DNA of 43,609 nucleotides from positions 1 through 43,609 of the forward strand of contig CAYGTP010000006.1 in the NCBI GenBank assembly GCA_964352875.1. The letters run 5' to 3'. A model generated the notes under the pieces. The model saw only the letters and a list, made by a program, of their open reading frames with translations. It was not told the origin of the DNA and ran no database searches. Source of the stretch: an uncultured Candidatus Saccharibacteria bacterium (GTDB lineage: Bacteria; Patescibacteriota; Minisyncoccia; Phycocordibacterales; UBA918). Positions 36,810 through 43,609 of the stretch are shown here, one piece after another. How positions within the stretch are numbered: position 1 is the first letter of the stretch; each line of letters begins with the position of its first letter. The translations under genes were made by a program, and so were the position numbers.

Positions 36810-39206
36810 ATGGCCAAAAAAACTGCAAGTAAAGATACGTTGGTTTTGCTCGACGCACACGCGATTTTACATCGCGCGTACCATGCCCTGCCTGACTTCA
36901 ATTCACCAACCGGCGAACCTACCGGTGCACTCTACGGTGTGGTGGCGATGTTACTTAAAATTATCGAAGAGTTTAATCCCACCTACATTGCGGCGTGTTT
37001 TGACTTACCCGAACCAACCTACCGCCATGACGCGTTTACTGATTACAAAGCGGGTCGAGCTAAAACCGACGATGCGCTCGTGCAACAAATCAATCGTTCA
37101 CGCGACATCTTTGCAGCGTTTGGCATACCTATATATGAATGCTCTGGGTTTGAAGCGGACGACTTGCTCGGAACGATTGCCGAGCAAGTTAAAAGCGAAC
37201 TCAACTTACAGGTTGTCATCGCCTCAGGTGACATGGACACGATGCAGTTAATTGATAAAAAACGCGTACAGGTCTATACCCTCAAGAAGGGTATTAAAGA
37301 TACGATTGTGTACGATGAAGCCGCAGTCAAAGAACGTTTTGGCTTTGGGCCGCAGCTAATTCCCGACTACAAAGGTCTCCGGGGTGACCCATCCGACAAC
37401 ATTCCTGGTATCGCTGGTATCGGAGAAAAGACAGCCACCGAATTGATTGTGAACTTTGGTAGTCTCGAAACGTTGTACAAGAAACTAAACAAAAGTGAAC
37501 AACCATTTCTCAACGCTGGGATTAAACCACGCATTATCGGATTGTTAAAAGAACATCAAGAAGAAGCAGAATTTTCTAAAATGCTTGCCACCATCAGACT
37601 CGATGTGCCAGTCACGTACGTTCGCCCGAGCGAGACGTGGCGCGACAAGCTCGACTTAGAAATGGTGTTGCAGTTGTTTGCGGAACTAGGGTTTCGCACG
37701 TTGGGTACGCGAGTCAATGTCTTATTTGGTGAGCCGGGTAGAGCGGCTGAAACTCTCAGTGATGAAGGAGAACGGATTCCTGAAGTTGAAGTAGCCCGCG
37801 CGGCCATCGCACTTTGGCTACTCGAGAGTGATACTACCAACCCCACTTACGAAGACCTCCTTTCGTATGGCCGCGCTCACCAAATCACTGGTGGTTTCGC
37901 AGCGATTACTGCGCACCTCACAAAGCAACTAAAAGATCAAGATTTATGGACGCTCTATGAGACAGTCGAGCTCCCTTTGATGCAAGTTATTACTACCATG
38001 CAACAAAATGGCATCACACTTGATGTGGTGTATTTAAAAACCCTTTCTCAAAAATTCCACCAGGAGTTGGCTACACTCGAAACAACAATTTATTCGCAGG
38101 CTGGGGTTAAATTCAATATTAACTCACCCAAGCAAATGGGCGACATTTTATATGACACACTCGGACTCAAACCCAAAAACGCCAAGAAAACTGCCGGCGG
38201 TCAGCGCTCTACTCGTGAATCAGAGTTAGAAAAATTACGGGACGAACATCCAATCATCGGTGAGCTACTACGATACCGAGAACTACAAAAGCTGGTCTCA
38301 ACCTACGTCGACACCCTTCCAACAATGCTCGGAGACGACGGTAGAATTCACACCACATTTTTACAAGCGGGAACGGTGACCGGGCGCATGGCGAGTAAAG
38401 ATCCCAACCTCCAAAACATTCCAGCCCGTAGCGCCGAAGGACGCGCTATCAGACGCGGGTTTATTGCTCCAGCGGGGAGTAAGCTGGTGGCGATTGATTA
38501 TTCGCAGATTGAACTACGGATTGCGGCGATTTTGTCTGGAGATCCTAAGTTGATGGAAATCTTTAAACGTGGCGAAGACGTTCATCGCGGGGTGGCGGCG
38601 CAAGTATTTGTAGTTGATGCCGACGAAGTGACAGACAACATGCGTCGTAAGGCCAAGGTAATCAACTTTGGTATTCTCTATGGGATGGGGGTTAATGCGC
38701 TCCGAGCTAATCTGGGCGAAGACACTTCTCGCCAAGAGGCCCAAGAATTTCTTAACGCCTATTTCAATACTTTTACCCAACTCGCAGAATATCTCGAAGC
38801 TACTAAAGCCGAGGCAAAATTAAATGGCTATACCACCACTTTCTTTAACCGACGCCGACATTTTCCGGGTATCACCTCCGGGGCTCCATTTATTCGCGCG
38901 AGCGCCGAGCGTATGGCTATCAACGCTCCGATTCAAGGCACTCAATCAGACATTATCCGTATTGCGATGGTGCAGATTCATAACTATCTACAGAACCAGC
39001 AACTAACATCAGAAGTTAAAATGCTCCTCCAAGTCCACGACGAACTCGTATTCGAAATAGCAGACGATAAGCTTGCTAGCGTCATACCAACGTTAGTAGA
39101 CGTCATGACGTCTGTCCTCGATACCAAGCAGACCAAAGGTGTGCCGATATTGGCCGATGTCAAAGTTGGACAAGACTGGGAACAGTTAGCCCCGTGGAAA
39201 GCCTAG
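36810..39206 (+). CDS. polA: DNA polymerase I
   Basis: 5' nuclease motifs (LLDA..RAYHA, EADD, GDPSDNIPG); polymerase motifs DYSQIELR, RRKAKVINFGILYG, NAPIQGT, QVHDELVFE. Confidence 0.96.
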   Translation: MAKKTASKDTLVLLDAHAILHRAYHALPDFNSPTGEPTGALYGVVAMLLKIIEEFNPTYIAACFDLPEPTYRHDAFTDYKAGRAKTDDALVQQINRSRDIFAAFGIPIYECSGFEADDLLGTIAEQVKSELNLQVVIASGDMDTMQLIDKKRVQVYTLKKGIKDTIVYDEAAVKERFGFGPQLIPDYKGLRGDPSDNIPGIAGIGEKTATELIVNFGSLETLYKKLNKSEQPFLNAGIKPRIIGLLKEHQEEAEFSKMLATIRLDVPVTYVRPSETWRDKLDLEMVLQLFAELGFRTLGTRVNVLFGEPGRAAETLSDEGERIPEVEVARAAIALWLLESDTTNPTYEDLLSYGRAHQITGGFAAITAHLTKQLKDQDLWTLYETVELPLMQVITTMQQNGITLDVVYLKTLSQKFHQELATLETTIYSQAGVKFNINSPKQMGDILYDTLGLKPKNAKKTAGGQRSTRESELEKLRDEHPIIGELLRYRELQKLVSTYVDTLPTMLGDDGRIHTTFLQAGTVTGRMASKDPNLQNIPARSAEGRAIRRGFIAPAGSKLVAIDYSQIELRIAAILSGDPKLMEIFKRGEDVHRGVAAQVFVVDADEVTDNMRRKAKVINFGILYGMGVNALRANLGEDTSRQEAQEFLNAYFNTFTQLAEYLEATKAEAKLNGYTTTFFNRRRHFPGITSGAPFIRASAERMAINAPIQGTQSDIIRIAMVQIHNYLQNQQLTSEVKMLLQVHDELVFEIADDKLASVIPTLVDVMTSVLDTKQTKGVPILADVKVGQDWEQLAPWKA

Positions 39207-39207
39207 T

Positions 39208-39906
39208 ATGTTGCGAATTTTTTTTGGTACCGACACGATTGGCGTCCGCGAGCAGGGCTTTACGTTCGTGCATGAACAAGAGGCGAGTGGTGTGCGGGTG
39301 ACTAAAATTGATAGTGACACCTACGCGCCGGGCATCATAGCTGACTCTCTTGGCGCTAACTCACTCTTTGGTGAACGAGAACTCTATCTTATTGATACAC
39401 CGTCAGTAAACGCTGAGTTGCAGGCGGAAGTAGAGGCCAACCTAGCCGAGCTGGGGGAATCAGGAAATCAGTTTGTCATACTGGAGGGAGCCCTATTGGC
39501 TCCAGTCAAGAAAAAGTACGCAACGCATGGGGAGCTAACCGAAATTATCGCTGATAAAACTGAACGCTTCAATCCATTTGGCATGGCTGAAGCGCTCGCC
39601 CGCAAAGACAAAAAATCACTGTGGCTCTTATTGCAGGAGGCACGTAGAGCCGGCCTTGCACCGGAAGAAATTATCGGCACGCTCTGGTGGCAACTCAAAT
39701 CACTTCGCTTGGCTGCAACCACCAACGTTGTTGCAGAGACGGGCCTCAAAGACTACCCATATCAGAAAGCCAAAGCTGCTCTGTCCAAATTTAAACCGGG
39801 AGAAGTTAACCAGTTAGCTTCGACGTTGCTGGCGGTCTATCACGATGGTCACGCGGGTATCCGCGACATTGATGTTGCACTCGAACAATGGACACTCACG
39901 TTGTAA
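39208..39906 (+). CDS. holA: DNA polymerase III delta subunit (short form)
   Basis: FFGTD N-terminus, SLFGERE, C-terminal FGMAEAL...EIIGTLWWQ domain. Confidence 0.7.
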   Translation: MLRIFFGTDTIGVREQGFTFVHEQEASGVRVTKIDSDTYAPGIIADSLGANSLFGERELYLIDTPSVNAELQAEVEANLAELGESGNQFVILEGALLAPVKKKYATHGELTEIIADKTERFNPFGMAEALARKDKKSLWLLLQEARRAGLAPEEIIGTLWWQLKSLRLAATTNVVAETGLKDYPYQKAKAALSKFKPGEVNQLASTLLAVYHDGHAGIRDIDVALEQWTLTL

Positions 39907-39910
39907 TGTT

Positions 39911-39935
39911 ACGGCCCAGGTATTTGGGCCGTTTC
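39911..39935 (+). terminator. Possible terminator after holA
   Basis: ACGGCCCA-GGTATT-TGGGCCGT followed by a short T tract. Confidence 0.4.
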
Positions 39936-39956
39936 ACTCTGTGCTAAGCTACCCCT

Positions 39957-41711
39957 ATGAATTTCCGAGCTATTATGCGGCACTACTGGCCGTTTTTGGT
40001 TCAGTACAAATGGTCACAAGCCATTTTATTTAGTTCGTATGGACTGGGTAAGTTGATAGATATAGTTGTTGTCCCAATTATTTTCAAGTTAATTATTGAT
40101 ACGGTCTCAGCACCACCAGCTGACCCAGCCAGCGTGTTGTTTCAACTCTTGTGGTATTTGGGATTGGCTTTTTTGTTTCTCAACATTATTTTTCGAGTCG
40201 GGGACTATTTTATGATTTATTCCCAATCAAAAATCCTTGAACAGTTGTCCAACTACACCCTCGAAAAACTACAGAATCACTCATACAGTTTTTTCAGTAA
40301 TTCGTTCTCCGGCGGGTTAGTGGCTAAAACGAAGCGGTTTGTGAGTGCCTTTGAAGAATTGCATGATCAAGCTGTTTACGGGCTCTGGTTTGGAGGTATT
40401 TCGTTACTATCGTCAACCGTTGTGCTTCTGTACTACTCTCCAATCATTGGCGCAATATTTTTCTTATGGCTACTTACCTATATGGTAATGATTTGGTATC
40501 TCATCAAGATTCAAATTCCTAAAGGCATTCGTAACGCCGAAGCTGACACAAAAGTGACAGCACACTATTCTGATATCATCACCAACTTTTTTACTGTCAT
40601 GATGTTTGGCTCAAAACGAATTGAACAAGCAGCTTTTCAAGTGGTGACCAAAGACCAACAACAGAAACGCTGGGTGTCGTGGATGCAAGAGGGATTTTGG
40701 AGCACTATGTGGCAGGGTATCAACATTAATACCTTCACTTTGCTTTTTATGATCGGTGCCGTATGGCTGTGGCTGTCGGGTGAGATTACCGCCGGCACCA
40801 TTGTGTTAGTCCAGATTTATGCCATTAAGAGTTTTGATGTGGTGTGGAATCTTAGCAAACAATCAATTCGAATTTTTGTTGCCCTCACTGACGCTAACGA
40901 GATGGTCGAGATTTTGGACAGAGCGGTTGATGTAAAGGACCCAATCAAACCAGAACGCGTTGCGATGCCTCGTGGCCAGATTACTTTTAGCGATGTGCAC
41001 TTTACCTACGAAGGTGAGGCGAATGTTTTTGCTGGTTTGAATCTTCATATTCCAGCGGGGCAAAAAGTGGCTTTGGTCGGGCACTCAGGAGCAGGGAAGA
41101 CCACCATTACTAAATTATTGTTGCGGTTTCGTGATATTGAGTCTGGCACCATTACCATTGATGGGCAAAATATTGCAGCCGTGAGGCAAGATGAGTTGCG
41201 ACGCAAAATTGCATATGTCCCGCAAGAACCACTACTCTTTCACCGCAGTCTGCGCGACAACATTGCCTATGCTAAACCATCAGCTAGTTTGGCCGAGATT
41301 CAAACCGTAGCTGAAAAAGCCCACGCCCATGAATTTATCAGTCAGTTACCAAACGGGTATGACACCTTGGTGGGGGAACGGGGAGTGAAGCTCTCTGGCG
41401 GCGAGCGACAGCGGGTGGCGATAGCCCGCGCGATGTTAAAAGACGCACCGATAGTCATGCTCGATGAAGCGACCAGCGCGCTTGATTCAATATCTGAACA
41501 AAAAATCCAAACCGCCCTGTGGAAACTGATTCAAGGCCGGACTACTTTGGTGATTGCGCACCGGTTATCTACTATCCAAAAGATGGATCGCATTATTGTC
41601 TTTGCAGCTGGTCAGGTAGTTGAAGATGGAACTCACGATGAACTTTTGTATCACGGTAAAGTGTACGCAAAATTATGGCAGAGCCAGGTGGGTGGTTATA
41701 TTGCAGATTAG
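39957..41711 (+). CDS. ABC exporter, fused permease/ATP-binding (MdlB/MsbA-like)
   Basis: N-terminal TM domain; GHSGAGKTT, LSGGERQR, LDEATSALD, IAHRLSTI. Confidence 0.93.
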   Translation: MNFRAIMRHYWPFLVQYKWSQAILFSSYGLGKLIDIVVVPIIFKLIIDTVSAPPADPASVLFQLLWYLGLAFLFLNIIFRVGDYFMIYSQSKILEQLSNYTLEKLQNHSYSFFSNSFSGGLVAKTKRFVSAFEELHDQAVYGLWFGGISLLSSTVVLLYYSPIIGAIFFLWLLTYMVMIWYLIKIQIPKGIRNAEADTKVTAHYSDIITNFFTVMMFGSKRIEQAAFQVVTKDQQQKRWVSWMQEGFWSTMWQGININTFTLLFMIGAVWLWLSGEITAGTIVLVQIYAIKSFDVVWNLSKQSIRIFVALTDANEMVEILDRAVDVKDPIKPERVAMPRGQITFSDVHFTYEGEANVFAGLNLHIPAGQKVALVGHSGAGKTTITKLLLRFRDIESGTITIDGQNIAAVRQDELRRKIAYVPQEPLLFHRSLRDNIAYAKPSASLAEIQTVAEKAHAHEFISQLPNGYDTLVGERGVKLSGGERQRVAIARAMLKDAPIVMLDEATSALDSISEQKIQTALWKLIQGRTTLVIAHRLSTIQKMDRIIVFAAGQVVEDGTHDELLYHGKVYAKLWQSQVGGYIAD

Positions 41712-42445
41712 CGCAGCACGAGAATGGTGGCGAGACGGCCGGCCGGATGACTAGGGTCGTGTTGGGTGCGATAGTGGGAGAAGTGTTCTGGTGAAATGCC
41801 CACATCAACCGGCGAGACAGATATATTTTCTGGTGGAATATCAGAGTCGATAAGTTGTTGGCGATGAGCAGTAGTAATATCTATATAGGCGTTACCATCT
41901 TGTTCAGTTATAAACCGGGTGAGTTGCGGTGGGGTTGGGTCAGTAAGAGGGAGAGGATATATGTATGAGGTGGCATGGATGTGTGGACCAAAGTGTACTA
42001 ACAGGTCGGTAGGATCAGTGCCAAATTGCTCGCGCAAAAAACCGACGGTTTTTTGCGCGAGATCATGGGCAATGGTTTTGCGGTTCAAATGGGCCAAGGC
42101 AATGACCTGCTGCACGGGATCATAAAAACTGGCAGGGATGCAGTCGGCTGTTAGTACCATCAGTGCCAAGCCTCGTTCGCGCGTTACCAGTATTTCCGCT
42201 TCAAGCATCTCGGCTTGGCACTTCGCCCCGGTCCCAGTACTGGTTGCATCGACAACTTGTATACGAGCACCATTAGTGCAGGCCATGCAGATGACTCGCT
42301 CATGAGTTATCTCATGAGATAACTCATGAGTAGCCAAAAACTGTGTACGATTTTTAACTACTGCAGCATCATTACCAAACGTAAACGACATATTTCCATC
42401 TGCGATGGTAGAGGTAGCTTCGAGTACTTTAGAGGTATCAAACAT
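41708..42445 (-). CDS. pgeF: PgeF/YfiH-family protein
   Basis: GNMSF, LTADCIP, ALAH, FGPHI, HFSHYR...GR; ATG 42445 follows TGCTATAGT. Confidence 0.8.
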   Translation of the reverse strand: MFDTSKVLEATSTIADGNMSFTFGNDAAVVKNRTQFLATHELSHEITHERVICMACTNGARIQVVDATSTGTGAKCQAEMLEAEILVTRERGLALMVLTADCIPASFYDPVQQVIALAHLNRKTIAHDLAQKTVGFLREQFGTDPTDLLVHFGPHIHATSYIYPLPLTDPTPPQLTRFITEQDGNAYIDITTAHRQQLIDSDIPPENISVSPVDVGISPEHFSHYRTQHDPSHPAGRLATILVLR

Positions 42446-42520
42446 AGCTCCACTATAGCAAAGACTCGATTTTTTTGTCTCCTGTGGTATATTAGCGGTC
42501 ATTCGGATGACCGGATGTAT

Positions 42521-42593
42521 CCGCCCTTAGCTCAGTTGGTAGAGCGGCTCCCTTTTAAGGAGATGGTCCGAGGTTCGAGCCCTCGAGGGCGGA
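42521..42593 (+). tRNA. tRNA-Lys(UUU), CCA not encoded
   Basis: Acceptor CCGCCCT/AGGGCGG, D arm GCTC-AGTTGGTA-GAGC, anticodon loop CT-TTT-AA, T arm CGAGG-TTCGAGC-CCTCG. Confidence 0.95.
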
Positions 42594-42986
42594 CTGATTG
42601 AACGAAGTGAAAGCAGGAGGCCCTCAGAATTGTCCGGGGGACAGTTCGGGAGGGCTCGAAGACCCGGTGCGGAATGTTGTGAGCAGAGCGAAACAACATA
42701 CCCACCGGGTGTACTGAAACGGTACGTTTCGAGCCCTCGAGGGCGGACAAGCGTCAATAAAGCCTGCCCTGCGGCAGGCTTTTAGCTTGTCCGAGGCAGA
42801 GCGATGTTTCTGGCTATCCTAATGCCAGAAACCGCGAGCCGGGGTCGCAAGTACTTATCTAGAATTGGAGCGAAGCGAACAATTATAGTTAGTAACTTGT
42901 GACGACAGCATCGGTCAACATCTGCACTGCTTCTATAACGAAGAATCTCCACCGGGTGTACTGAAACGGTACGTTTCGAGCCCTCG
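42594..42986. repeat. tRNA-associated structured repeat region
   Basis: tRNA 3' end (42574..42594) repeated at 42728..42748; 38-bp repeat 42702..42739 = 42949..42986; multiple hairpins. Confidence 0.8.
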
Positions 42987-43008
42987 CTGCGTGATGACTA
43001 TTTCGGTA

Positions 43009-43395
43009 TTAAATCGGCAAATCAACCGCTGGGAAACCAGCGCCGGTGATAAAGAGGCTAATAGAACAAGCTAGGAGTAGGAGATAGAAAATTGGAGAAG
43101 GGATATATGGAACGTTGCGCTGTGGATTCGTACATAATACCGCCACACAAAGAACGAATAAGCCTAACATGGCGTATTGAGTCGCCGCTCCGAGCAGCGT
43201 AAAAATACCGATTGCAATTTCAGCCACTGCCAGCAGATAGAGAGTGATTGGTCTTTTGGCTATGCCGTGAGGGTTGGGGATTACTCTGGTGCGAAGAATT
43301 TTAATACCCAACCAGAGTAAAATGCCACCCACAAATATTCGCAAAATAAAGTACGCAAAGAGAGCGAGAAATTGGATAGGGAATGGATTAAGCAT
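43009..43395 (-). CDS. DoxX-family membrane protein
   Basis: LRIFVG, AEIAIGIFTLLG, LFITGAG..AVD; four TM helices. Confidence 0.75.
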   Translation of the reverse strand: MLNPFPIQFLALFAYFILRIFVGGILLWLGIKILRTRVIPNPHGIAKRPITLYLLAVAEIAIGIFTLLGAATQYAMLGLFVLCVAVLCTNPQRNVPYIPSPIFYLLLLACSISLFITGAGFPAVDLPI

Positions 43396-43417
43396 AAATT
43401 TCTGGTAGTCTAGCACG

Positions 43418-43609
43418 ATGCGAATCGTAATACTCGATAATATCAGAAGTGCTCACAACGTTGGATCGATCTTTCGAACGGCGGAAGGAGCGGGGGTAGA
43501 AAAGATTTATATTTGTGGGTACACGCCAGCGCCAGTTGACCGGTTTGGTCGGTTGGTCGGAGAGATTAGCAAAACTTCGCTAGGGGCGAGTGAGATGGTG
43601 GCGTGGGAG
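43418..43609 (+). CDS. TrmH/SpoU-family RNA methyltransferase, 3'-partial
   Basis: MRIVILDNIRSAHNVGSIFRTAEGAGVEKIYICGYTP...KTSLGA (SpoU motif 1); runs off the window. Confidence 0.9.
   Translation, partial: MRIVILDNIRSAHNVGSIFRTAEGAGVEKIYICGYTPAPVDRFGRLVGEISKTSLGASEMVAWE

Noticed and set aside
42574..42986. CRISPR array
   Set aside because: Repeats derive from the tRNA end, spacing is irregular (about 150-250 bp) and there are no cas genes.

Overview
Chromosomal region around the replication origin of a small-genome bacterium. Inferred to be Patescibacteria/CPR (Parcubacteria-like) from the gene set, shortened YebC/PolA/HolA, lack of Shine-Dalgarno motifs and a PrgI/VirB4/VirB2-pilin locus. 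Core genes: dksA-like, comM, LysM-M23, pcrA, rsmA, yidC-rnpA-rpmH, dnaA-oriC-dnaN-dciA-like, class A PBP, tyrS, ruvC-yebC-ruvB, pilB, tsaE, polA, holA, ABC exporter, pgeF, tRNA-Lys, DoxX and partial trmH. A relaxase-less, T4SS-like cluster (about 9.7-23.1 kb) abuts the origin. Most striking: two tandem VirB2-like pilin genes share an identical 424-bp constant 5' part but carry different Cys-rich C-terminal regions. A third, silent C-terminal cassette lies in frame behind the TAG of gene 2, and a 90-bp repeat including the yidC 3' end marks the duplication, suggesting a cassette-swapping surface-variation system. Also seen: a duplicated comM 3' end bracketing an O-acyltransferase gene, a promoter- and terminator-bounded structured ~390-nt ncRNA candidate (34.2-34.6 kb), structured repeats downstream of tRNA-Lys, and many extended -10 promoters only 6-11 nt upstream of start codons (leaderless-type expression). 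All calls are from manual reading; no database searches were run.
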